From Diplonema japonicum (taxonomy: Eukaryota; Protista; Euglenozoa: Diplonemea), in NCBI GenBank assembly GCA_964019335.1, contig OZ025696.1, positions 124,001 through 188,000 on the forward strand: a DNA stretch of 64,000 nucleotides, written 5' to 3'. The notes under the pieces were generated by a model. The model worked only from the letters and a program-made list of their open reading frames with translations. It was not told the origin of the DNA and did not search any database. Below, piece after piece: positions 10,531 through 19,914 of this stretch. The position numbers and the translations under genes were made by a program. Numbering within the stretch: position 1 is the first letter of the stretch; each line of letters opens with the position of its first letter.

Positions 10531-11832
10531 TCAAGGTGCAGTGATGTACTTGCGGTAGTCCTCTTGGGAGGTGACCTTGCTCACCTCTGTGAAGCCTCTT
10601 TTGATGGAGAGCTTTGCTTTGGAGAAGTCAAGTGTCTGTGTGCTGAGCGCCACTGCGAGATCTTTGAAGCAAAGAAGGTCCGTCCGCAGGGTGTCAGCCT
10701 CTCGAGCAACGGCGGCGGCGGTGTCCTCCCAGGAGCGACCCGACAGAGGCAGCAGTGCAAGCAGCGATGCAATGCGAGGGACCCTGCTCTCGGTTGAGAT
10801 GTCGCGCATCATGACATCGATGTGCTTCTGCACGCTGCCGCCCTCCCGCCCGTCCACCCTGCGCAGTGTGTCCAGCAGGGCATGGTAGCACTCGATAAAC
10901 CTGTCGTCTGCACGACCGCACTGTGCCACCTCAGCCACCATCGACTCCATCACTGAACCCACACACTCAACAAGTTGTCTGACCCACCCTTCTGGTGGCG
11001 ATTGTCCCATTGACCTGAGCTGCGTGGAAATACCTTCCAGACAGCTAACCAGCAGTCCCTGTTCCATCACACGGTTGCTGTGGTCCTCGGTGTAGCTCAA
11101 GGGGAGGAAGTGGGTGAATGTCTTCAAGTTGTTGCTGGACTTCCTCACACCCAGTGTGAAAGCCTCGTGGGACAGCACCTCGCCAGGAGTGGACAGCCCT
11201 TCTGCAGTGACGTTAATGCCAATCCCCAGCAAAGCATCCTCGTCTTCAACCCTCGCACGGCTGCTGTAGCACATGACACCCTGCTCTTCGGGCTGCACTG
11301 GTTCGGGTTCTGCCTCGTCGTCGGCAATTTCAGGGTAAGGGGAAGAGGTCTTGTGGCCACACGGGCAGGTGATGGTCTCGTTGTGCTCCTTCGCAGTCTT
11401 GATGTCGGACTCCTTGTTGGACAGCAAGCCGTCAGCGTTGGAGAGGAGGTTCTGCATCTGGACGAGGATTGTCTCCAGGGTGCAGGCGGGGGACCAGCCC
11501 TCGTCAGTGGAGCCCCATTCTCCGTGGTGGTTCTTGTAGTTGTTGAAGATGTTGAGGCACACTGCCCTGCGCCCCTTGGAGTCTGTCATGTGCGAGCCCC
11601 CTGCGTACGTGATGGGTGTCACGAAGAAGGCGTTCGGCGCGTTCACAGGGTAGTCGGATCCGATCTCGAGAACGAAGTGTATCCTCACCCCTTCGTAGAC
11701 CCCTGCAGGCCCGATCACGTTGCAGTGGATCTCGTTCAGATTGTCCTCGCAGGGGGCAGCAGAAGCTCCGGGCACAGGGTGCTTCTGGAGCTGCTTCAAC
11801 TGGCGCATGATACTCTTCGAGGGGGAAGACAT
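10531..11832 (-). CDS. E2/UBC domain protein, copy B
   Basis: Near-identical to copy A apart from three patches. Confidence 0.85.
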   Translation of the reverse strand: MSSPSKSIMRQLKQLQKHPVPGASAAPCEDNLNEIHCNVIGPAGVYEGVRIHFVLEIGSDYPVNAPNAFFVTPITYAGGSHMTDSKGRRAVCLNIFNNYKNHHGEWGSTDEGWSPACTLETILVQMQNLLSNADGLLSNKESDIKTAKEHNETITCPCGHKTSSPYPEIADDEAEPEPVQPEEQGVMCYSSRARVEDEDALLGIGINVTAEGLSTPGEVLSHEAFTLGVRKSSNNLKTFTHFLPLSYTEDHSNRVMEQGLLVSCLEGISTQLRSMGQSPPEGWVRQLVECVGSVMESMVAEVAQCGRADDRFIECYHALLDTLRRVDGREGGSVQKHIDVMMRDISTESRVPRIASLLALLPLSGRSWEDTAAAVAREADTLRTDLLCFKDLAVALSTQTLDFSKAKLSIKRGFTEVSKVTSQEDYRKYITAP

Positions 11833-11969
11833 TGTGGTTGTGTGTATAAAGGAAAACTTTTCCCTTTTTGTGTTTTTTTTTGTATTGTGATGAACATTTA
11901 AAAAATGACAAAAAGAACTGAGGCGGGGTGAGGGGGGAAAAAAAAAAGAAAACACAGATGTGCAAAAAA

Positions 11970-12009
11970 GAGACATTTAAGGGTACCTGCGGTATGTGGC
12001 AGGACGCCT
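11970..12009. repeat. Family B short hairpin element
   Basis: gagacatttaagggtacctgcggtatgtggcaggacgcc; also at 18467, 25864 (partial) and 48097; flanked by aaaaaaga on both sides. Confidence 0.75.
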
Positions 12010-12075
12010 AAAAAAAGAAGAGAGCAAAGAGTGAGCTTGGGAACAAAGAAAAGAATCCCTTTTTCAACCCTCTTA

Positions 12076-12150
12076 TCTTCCCAACCTAGAGGACGAGCAG
12101 AGTTGTCTAAAGGTTTGTTTACCCACTAACAGGGAACGTTAGCTGGTTTA
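12076..12150 (+). pseudogene. Degenerate LSU rRNA fragment (domain V)
   Basis: tcttcccaacctag...acccactaacagggaacgttagctggttta aligns with 50477-50553 with several substitutions and indels. Confidence 0.8.
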
Positions 12151-12660
12151 CATTCTTTTTCTTTTTTCTCTTTTTCTTTCCCCTTTTGCCACCTTTGATA
12201 AATTAGCCTGCAAAGAGGGAGTGGGAGAGCAGTTTGTTTTCATCCTTTGCTTTCTTTTTTTTTTTAAAAAATATCGTTCTCATCCAATTCCAATGAACGG
12301 CGAGGGTGGAGGGGAGGAGGGGGGAGGAAAATGTTTCCACGAAGTTCTTTCTCTTTTGCATCCACAGGTGTCCTTCATCCTCTTCTGCTTTTTTATTTTT
12401 TATTTCTTCTTTGATTTCTTTTTTTCTTTTTTTTTTCGTTTCCTCTTTTATTTTATTTAAAACTCTTTCATCCTTTCCTTTTCTTTCCTTTTATCCTATT
12501 CAACAAGCATGTAACTTGTATGCAGGAAAAGGAAAACAAAAAAGGAGGGGGGGGGGGGGGGGGGCGACACGCCAGGCGCTATCAAATTCAAAAGGAATTT
12601 GTTCAAGAAAACGTTGGCTAAAAAAAAAAAAAAAAAAAAAAAAAAAACGAGGACCTAAAC

Positions 12661-14244
12661 CTAGTTCTTCTTGTGGTGCGAAGGGGTGAATGGTGCAAAG
12701 AAGTACCCAGACTGCTTCTTGGTGAAGGTCTGGGTGGTGCAGGCCAAAGACTTCGAATCTCCTACCTTTTCATCGCAAGACTTACCCGTGAAGGACATCT
12801 CACCAGACGCTGAGGTACCGTTAAACCAGTTCTGGTAGGGAGTCCCATGCTTGCCTTCTGCGGACATGTAATTCACTTCGTACTTCAAGAAGGTAGCGTT
12901 CACAAACAGCGACACTAGCGAGGTGTACTGGTCACCATTGGAAGGAGGCGGCAGAGGGGCCGCCCCATAACCTGCCCCATTGGGGTAGAACGAACACAAC
13001 ATGTCGTCAGTGGTCCTCACCCCAACAGGGAGGATGTACTGGACTTCAGGAAGGAAGTTCAGGTAAGGGGTCACTGGCTTCACCTCACCTAAGATCTTCT
13101 TGGACAGCGTCACACACTGGTCGGGGAGGTCGAAGCACCCCTTCCCGCCCTGCTCGGGGTTGTTGTAGCCGATGATGGTGGCAATGTTGCCGTGCGCCGT
13201 GCTGTACCCCGACTGCATGCTGAGGTACGCAGACGAGGTCAGGTTCCAAGGAACAGCGTAGCTCGTCTTCATGGGGTAGAACGACTGCGTGTAGTACATG
13301 TTCTCACGGAGGGAGGTCGCAAGGTTCTGCCTAGCAGTTTGCACTTCAGAGGTCACAAGCGAAGGGGGCATCTTCAGACCAATGTAGCTCGCAGGTTCGT
13401 AGGTGTAGAAACCCTCCCCGAGGTAGGTGAGGCCTTTGTTGGGTGAGAAGGAGATCTGGGTCGAGAAGTTCTGCGTGGCGTAGTTGAGAAGCCCATCCGC
13501 AGCCTGCTGGCAGTCCCCCATGTTCCCGAACTCGCAGGTGAGGACGTAGTACTGCTGCGAGGAGTCCTTGGCAAGGATCTTCGCAAGGTCAGAAGGCTGC
13601 CCACCGACCTGGAAGGCCGACATCTCAACGCGTCCCGAGAAGGACCTCTGCGCTGTGATCTTCTGAACGGAGCTAGTGGCGCTCACGATGTCATCCAGGC
13701 CTGCAGAGATGGAGGTCTTGAACTCCTCGATCTCCTCCTTGCAGCTCATCACAACGTTGATACTCAACATGAGGAGTGCCCCCTCCTCGTACGAGGTGAG
13801 GTACGAGTCCCCGCACACAACACGGAAGTAAGGGTTCGTTCCATTTGCATACATCTGCTGCCCGAAGGGGGTCAGCCCGTTCAGACCGGTCCCGTTCAGC
13901 TGGATGTTCACATTGGCGGAGGTGTACTGGTAGTAGTTCAGCGACATGGAGTACTCCTTGTCCTCCACAGCCTTCAGGTACGATGTCTCAGCGTCTACTT
14001 GGAACATCCCGACCCCTGCCCCCACCCCGACAGTGCGTCGCACAGACTGCTCCAAGTCGCTGAAGGACATTGCAGTCTGCAGCTCGATGTGCGATGTCTC
14101 GCGGTTCACCGTCTGAATCGACCCGACGTAGCACGCCTGCTGTGACACCTGCTGCGTGTCCGCTGAGAACCCGTACCCCACCATCGTGTCCGGCGTCTGC
14201 CCTGCGCACACAGCCGCAAGTAGTGCTCCTACTAACCACTTCAT
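12661..14244 (-). CDS. Secreted MACPF/CDC-like protein, copy B
   Basis: Near-identical to copy A up to GAAPLPP; divergent C-terminal ~90 aa. Confidence 0.6.
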   Translation of the reverse strand: MKWLVGALLAAVCAGQTPDTMVGYGFSADTQQVSQQACYVGSIQTVNRETSHIELQTAMSFSDLEQSVRRTVGVGAGVGMFQVDAETSYLKAVEDKEYSMSLNYYQYTSANVNIQLNGTGLNGLTPFGQQMYANGTNPYFRVVCGDSYLTSYEEGALLMLSINVVMSCKEEIEEFKTSISAGLDDIVSATSSVQKITAQRSFSGRVEMSAFQVGGQPSDLAKILAKDSSQQYYVLTCEFGNMGDCQQAADGLLNYATQNFSTQISFSPNKGLTYLGEGFYTYEPASYIGLKMPPSLVTSEVQTARQNLATSLRENMYYTQSFYPMKTSYAVPWNLTSSAYLSMQSGYSTAHGNIATIIGYNNPEQGGKGCFDLPDQCVTLSKKILGEVKPVTPYLNFLPEVQYILPVGVRTTDDMLCSFYPNGAGYGAAPLPPPSNGDQYTSLVSLFVNATFLKYEVNYMSAEGKHGTPYQNWFNGTSASGEMSFTGKSCDEKVGDSKSLACTTQTFTKKQSGYFFAPFTPSHHKKN

Positions 14245-14606
14245 GTTGGCTTTGCTGTAAATGAAATGAAAAAAAAGCAGGAAATATCAAAATTCAATGT
14301 CTTTCTTTGTGGGAAGCGTCATCTCACTGACGGGGAGAAGTACTTGCAAAGGAGTTCTCTATCGGACGGCATCGCACTTTTTTATAAAAAAAAAGGGTAT
14401 CGTGCCAACGAAAGATATGTTTTTTAGTACTAGCTCAAAGAACCATAATATTAAAAAAAGAAAGAGAAAAAGAGAGCAAATAACGTGTTCTTATTTCGTG
14501 CAGCTTCAAAGAGAAACTATTCACAGAGAACGAGAGAAATAAACTTCTTTTTGTCTTTCTCGCAAAAAAGTCATCGAGAAATAACAAGAAAAAAAAAGAG
14601 AAAAGT

Positions 14607-14644
14607 AATTCACTATGATAGGAACGAAGTGGTTAGCAACGGCC
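14607..14644. repeat. Family C 38-bp dispersed repeat
   Basis: aattcactatgataggaacgaagtggttagcaacggcc; identical at 18383, one mismatch at 30784. Confidence 0.9.
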
Positions 14645-14655
14645 CGCAAAAATAT

Positions 14656-14915
14656 ATGAGTTAAAGGAAGTCTTTGTGAGACGCCCCCTTGTTCTCATCT
14701 TCTACCTGCACCTATCCCCTTTCAGCAGCGGTTTCTCCTCCTTTGGTGGTCTTGCCGGCCTTCTCCCCAGCCTGGCCGCAGTTTCCCTTCGTTCTCTTAC
14801 CCATTGTCCTTTCAACGCGGTAGGTCATGCTTGGTCTTCGGTGATGCAAATATCGCCCTCCTGTTCCATCCGATCACCGCCTTTGTCCTCCCGATGGATC
14901 GTAGTGTGTGCACCC
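14656..14915 (-). mobile_element. Family A retroposon-like relic, diverged subfamily
   Basis: Minus translation LRSIGRTKAVIGWNRRAIFASPKTKHDL...KGDRCR* (frameshifted) is homologous to ORF 34081-34404; similar 3' UTR. Confidence 0.65.
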
Positions 14916-14957
14916 TTGAAAAAAAAAAAAAAAGCGCAAATATGTGTAGTTGTAAAA

Positions 14958-17099
14958 CTACGATTCACTGAGAAAAAAAGTAGCTAGGCTGTTGAGCCTC
15001 TCCCGCTTAAGAGGCAGATTCTGCACCGCAGTGACCACACTACGCCGAGGGCGGGGGATATAAACAGTGACGAAGGTGTCCAAGTAGCTCCATTCACAGA
15101 GAGGAGAGAAGTCATTAATGGGACCCTGAGAGGCAGTGGGGGCATACAAACACCGTGCACGGATCTTCATCGCAGTGACGCAAAGAAGAGAGCAAATGTT
15201 GACGCACGGTGCAACTGCTGTAATAAACTGCTGGCGGGTACCACCCGCAACCCTGCCGTAGGTCATCCGCCCGTTAGAGAGACCTACCGTGCACGGGGTT
15301 TCGTACTTTACCGCACTGGTCGCAAAGTGCAAGGAAAGGTTTACATGCCCTTCGCATCGTCTTGAAGTGTTCCACACCACTATCAGGTCGGAGCCTTGCA
15401 GGCTCAGGACCACTCCGTTTGTTCTGTCAGACGCTACTATCATCCTCCCTAATTGTTCTCCCAAAGCTGTAAAGGTGGGGACTTGAATGGTCACCTTTGC
15501 CACGCTCCCCACCGTCTCCGACATGGTGTGCAGGACGTTGGTAAACGACAAGCTGGTTGCGTAGCTGTCTGTTGAGCTGTTACGCACGCTGGTAATCTCG
15601 CTTATCTCGCTTTCATTTTCATCTTCAAAGGTGTGGGAGATATCACCACGCTCACCGACTGCGTGCAGGACGCTCTCGGCACGACCCTGCAACGACATCG
15701 GCAACAACAGCATGGGGCTAACCTCACCGATGCCTTTAAGGTTCGTGGTACCCATTGGCAAGCTTAATACCTCTTTGAAGGTTCCAATTCCTTGGTACGC
15801 CTCTGGCGACACTGCAAGGCACCCTGGAATGCACGCCCCTTCCAGCCTGGCAGCCTTGTTCACCGTCGTTCCGAAATAATCGTATCTATTGGTCAGGGTG
15901 TTGAGCTGAACGGTGACAGGGCCGCTGTGAATACCGATGCGGATGCGTAGCCCGCACCATGGTCCGGGTTCCTTCCACGCGAATTTTTCCATGTCTGTGA
16001 GGAGCTTCGGCCAGTCGGCTTCAACAAGGTACTCCTGCATGTCGAGACCACAGCACACAGCATCATACACATTCTCAAAGGCTATCATAAAGGAGTCACC
16101 GATGGTCTTAACCTCGTACCCGTGGTACTCGGAGATCAACCCTCGCAGTGTCGTGTCGTGCACCTTCATTGCTTCACGCATACCATCAGCGCATGCTTCC
16201 CATGTTGCGGTGGAACCTTGGATGTCGGTGAAGACGATGGCAGCAGTTTTTGTGTCGAGACCTGGTACGCTGGAGGCAGTGAGGTTCTGCGCGTCGAATA
16301 GGGCGTCAGGAAGGAACGGGCGATATGCGTGAAGATTCGTGAGTATGTCGTGAAAGGCAGTGAACATCTCGTTCGGAAGGTCGTTCGAGTACTGCTGAAG
16401 GGTCGAGCCTGCCGTTTGTAGATCGAACTCCGCCAGGCTCCTCGCTACCCTGTTGGCAACGTCGATCGACACCTCCATCTTCTTCTTCTTCTGATTCAAG
16501 CGCTGCGCGAACCCACGCGTGAAATAAAAGTCCAAATTGAAAATAAACATCCCAAGCACCGGGGCAAAAATGTGAAACGCATCCTGCTGACACGGCGGGT
16601 TGTCGCATATCTCAAGGCGGTCCTCTTTACTCGATGTGCCAGGAATATCATACAGCCCAAATCGAATGATAGACTCAAGGCCGGTAAGTACTAACCAAGC
16701 ATTGACTATAATGACAAGATATAGGTCGAATCTGTGGCCCATCCCACAAACAAGAAGGAGGTCCAGAATGACGACGAAGATAGGCCAGTCGCGTGTTACG
16801 TCCCTCGAAGCAGAGTACAGATCAAGCATCACTACACCTATGGTCATCAAGGTTACGAAGTAAGCCATCAACCCCGGATTTACCCTTTTTAGAATCAATA
16901 TGTAAGCTAACGTTCCCAATGAACCCACTGACAGCGATACGCTGGACCAGGCGAAAAGTGTCCCCCAGTCGCTCAAGGTGGCGACCTGTAGCAAGGACAT
17001 AAGCAGTCCGGGGATGCAAAACCACAGGAGATATCGCTTTGTTAACACCACATGGGCAGGGTCCCCAGGCCGAACAACATGCTGGACAATCTTTTCCAT
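14958..17099 (-). CDS. Multi-TM class III adenylate cyclase with degenerate second cyclase-like domain
   Basis: ~6 TM helices; IVFTDIQGST, GYEVKTIGDSFM, RIGIHSG, RYDYFGTTVNKAARLE. Confidence 0.9.
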   Translation of the reverse strand: MEKIVQHVVRPGDPAHVVLTKRYLLWFCIPGLLMSLLQVATLSDWGTLFAWSSVSLSVGSLGTLAYILILKRVNPGLMAYFVTLMTIGVVMLDLYSASRDVTRDWPIFVVILDLLLVCGMGHRFDLYLVIIVNAWLVLTGLESIIRFGLYDIPGTSSKEDRLEICDNPPCQQDAFHIFAPVLGMFIFNLDFYFTRGFAQRLNQKKKKMEVSIDVANRVARSLAEFDLQTAGSTLQQYSNDLPNEMFTAFHDILTNLHAYRPFLPDALFDAQNLTASSVPGLDTKTAAIVFTDIQGSTATWEACADGMREAMKVHDTTLRGLISEYHGYEVKTIGDSFMIAFENVYDAVCCGLDMQEYLVEADWPKLLTDMEKFAWKEPGPWCGLRIRIGIHSGPVTVQLNTLTNRYDYFGTTVNKAARLEGACIPGCLAVSPEAYQGIGTFKEVLSLPMGTTNLKGIGEVSPMLLLPMSLQGRAESVLHAVGERGDISHTFEDENESEISEITSVRNSSTDSYATSLSFTNVLHTMSETVGSVAKVTIQVPTFTALGEQLGRMIVASDRTNGVVLSLQGSDLIVVWNTSRRCEGHVNLSLHFATSAVKYETPCTVGLSNGRMTYGRVAGGTRQQFITAVAPCVNICSLLCVTAMKIRARCLYAPTASQGPINDFSPLCEWSYLDTFVTVYIPRPRRSVVTAVQNLPLKRERLNSLATFFLSES

Positions 17100-17985
17100 T
17101 TTCTTTTTTCCTTTTTTTCCCTCCCAAGCCTGCTGTGTAGAACTGACTAGCACTACCACGGGAAAAATAAAAAAAATAATTTTTTTTTAAAAAAAAAAAG
17201 GGAGGGTCTCCTGACCAAAAAAGATTTGGTGGGAAAGAACAGTGGAAAAAAAAAAAAAAAAAAGACTCTTTTTTAAATTTCTTGTGATTCTAACCAGAAA
17301 CATGCCGAAGAAGGGGGAAAGATAGTTGTTGACAATTCTGCGCGTATTTGCCCACGTATAAAAAAAAAGAAATTACTTCTTCTTACCTACCTCGCAACCT
17401 CAACTGCGCATGTTCTTTTTTTTTTTTCCACGAGGAGACTTTGATTAAAAAGAAGAAAAAGTGGGAGGAATGCGTAATGGTTACAAAGCTTTCTACTTAC
17501 TAAAGGCTAAGGAGATTACTTGTAGCGCATAAAACACATATGCCGCCCAACAAGAGCGCCGAAGTTGAGGACAAGTCAAAAAGACTCGTTCTTGTAAGAA
17601 AGGAAAGGAAAGAGAGAGAAAAAAGAAATACTATCCTTCTCTTGCCCAGGAAGAAAGAAGGGTCCTCAATAGCTTGAGTGCGCAAAAAACTAGTTTGGCG
17701 CTTCATTTGTTTGTGCGCACAAGCGGAATTTTACCTAATAAAATAGCTCATTACGCAAAAAAAAAAAAAAAAAAAAAAATGGGAGGAGATTTACCTACCG
17801 TTCGTTGAATAAAATAAAATAAAAAAAAGAAAACTGTCGCTCGTGTAGATCGAGGACTGGACGTTGGGTACGTGCCATGTTGGCAAAGAATCGCGTTTCC
17901 AAAGCTTTTTTGAAAATAAGGAAAAACGTTTTCCGTTTGCCTACAACATAGCCCTGGGGGGTACCCAACGCTCTCATTTCTGCTC

Positions 17986-18015
17986 AGACAAGTCAAAAGA
18001 CTCGTTCTCGCAAAA
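17986..18015. repeat. Family D ~28-bp motif (also 1897, 17570, 59150)
   Basis: agacaagtcaaa(a)gact(c/t)gtt(c/t)t(t/c)g(c/t)a; arms acaagtc/gacttgt. Confidence 0.65.
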
Positions 18016-18382
18016 GAAAAAGAAAAAAGAAGAAATAAAAAATTAAAGAAAAGAGAGAGAACAGAGTAAGGTCATCAGGCAACCTATATCCCCCTTTTTT
18101 TCCCCCCGTTCTCTTTTCTTATTCAAGGAAGGGACCGAGACATAAAAATAAAATAAAATAAAATAAAATAAAATAAATAAAATACTGAAAGTAAAATAAA
18201 AATAAAAGAAATGTCATTGTTATCCCCAATCAAATGTATCCGCAACCCTTTTGTGAAAGTCAAAAGAAAAAAAAAATTATGACCTCTTTCTACGGGGCTT
18301 GGGAGGCGGAGGGGGGAAGAGAAATTCAAAGAAGGGGGTCGTCATGCGAAGAACTACTGATCTAAAAGTAAAACAAAAAAAG

Positions 18383-18420
18383 AATTCACTATGATAGGAA
18401 CGAAGTGGTTAGCAACGGCC
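18383..18420. repeat. Family C 38-bp dispersed repeat
   Basis: Identical to 14607-14644. Confidence 0.9.
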
Positions 18421-18466
18421 CGCTGCAAAGAATACGCGCAAGAAAAAAAAAAAAAAAAAAAAAACT

Positions 18467-18733
18467 ATTTAAGGGTGCCTGCAGTATGTGGCAGGGCGCC
18501 CTGCACAAGTATCGTCTACTTGATTACAGGGGGCGCACCTCGGCCTAACTGTAGCTTCTTCTGCGTTCCGCGTCATATCCTTAATGCGTGCGGTGCGCCC
18601 CTGGTAACCAAGATTCTGAGCCCGTGGAGTTTGCTGCCTGTTCGTCACCCTGAGCATCTGCGTTACGTTCTTCCACTCGGGCGCTACCGGTGATGACCGA
18701 CGAGGAGGTCAACAGCGAACAACACATCTGATG
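18467..18733. mobile_element. Long family B copy, structured SINE-like/ncRNA-like element
   Basis: Begins with the family B hairpin; long stem 18519-18539 pairs with 18592-18612; GC-rich island in AT-rich DNA. Confidence 0.5.
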
Positions 18734-19111
18734 TACTTCTTTATATTTCCATATTTCTGACCAAAAAAAAAAGAAAGGGGGAAACAAAAGAGAAGGAAAG
18801 GGGGACAATAGGTGACATAGGTGCCAAAAAAGGCGAGATGATAGGAAAAGAAAAAAACCGGGGAACGAACGAACGAACAAAAGGAAAAAAAGGAAGAAGA
18901 ATCATAGAAACGGCTACAAATTATTTATTCTTCTCCCTTTTGATCGCTGCTACAGATAGTGTTTCTGAAACACAAGACGCCAACACAACCTTCTTTTTAC
19001 AGAAAAAGAAAAAAAAAAAAAAGAAAAACTAGAAAACAAAGAGTCGGCTACAGAACAAATCCTGAGATAACGATAAGTACATTGCACTAGAGAAGCGTGA
19101 CTTCGGTGGGG

Positions 19112-19144
<33 letters not shown>

Positions 19145-19914
19145 AAAATAATTATTTTCTTTTTTTTTCAATGTTTTTTTTTCTTCTTTCTTTCTTTTCT
19201 TTTTAGCATTTGTGCACACCGGTAAAAATCCATAGGAAAAAAAAAGGAAAAAAAAAAAAAGAAAAGAAAAAGGAGTAGACGGTGTTTGTGATGCATAAGT
19301 CGGTTTTTGCCCAGCAGAACAGTTAAAAAGCCGAAACAAAAAGCCGCCTTGACTCTTTTCTTTCAGCAAGTAACAAATTCCTTTACAATTTATTTCTTTC
19401 TTGTTTCAGTTGGTGGTATGTAATGTCGCAAAGTTTGGGGTGGGGGGAGGGGGCACACGTTCACGTCCCTCCAGCGAAGAGACTGAAAATGCAGCTAGAG
19501 GGGTGGGGGGTGGGGGGGGTCCTGCAAAGGTCTTATTCCCAAAAAACGAAAAACCGCAGTTCTTTTTTTTTTTCTCATCATTCAATTCGTTATTGTGCAA
19601 TACGTGTTACAAACGTGGTGCCTACTAGTGGTAGGGGATTATTTGTAACACATGACAACACCATTCTTACTAGTAGTTACCAAGCTGCTTCACACTTTAC
19701 TTATTTCTTCTTTTTCTTTTTGGTTTCGTTCGGAGTTGGAGTGAAAGTAAATATAAATTTCCGTAAAACAAACAATCCGCAAAGGAAGAATATCGGGGCT
19801 TGTTATGTATTTGTTTTACTGTAACAAAAAAAAAGAAAAAGAAATTGCTTTAGCAACAAAGGGCTGAACGTAACAAAACAGAAAGACAGAATAAAAGAGG
19901 ATGTTCGATGGCGT

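Noticed and set aside
6387-14244. Diversity-generating retroelement behind the variable C-termini
   Set aside because: No RT gene or template repeat; differences include indels and are not adenine-specific.
14607-14644. Family C as a spliced-leader exon (similar length)
   Set aside because: Lacks the euglenozoan SL 3' signature (..TTTCTG..TATTG-like) and a following donor GT/Sm site.
18610-18690. SRP (7SL) RNA helix 8
   Set aside because: The CAGG..AGCA-like match on the minus strand lacks the GNRA-capped stem and expected spacing.
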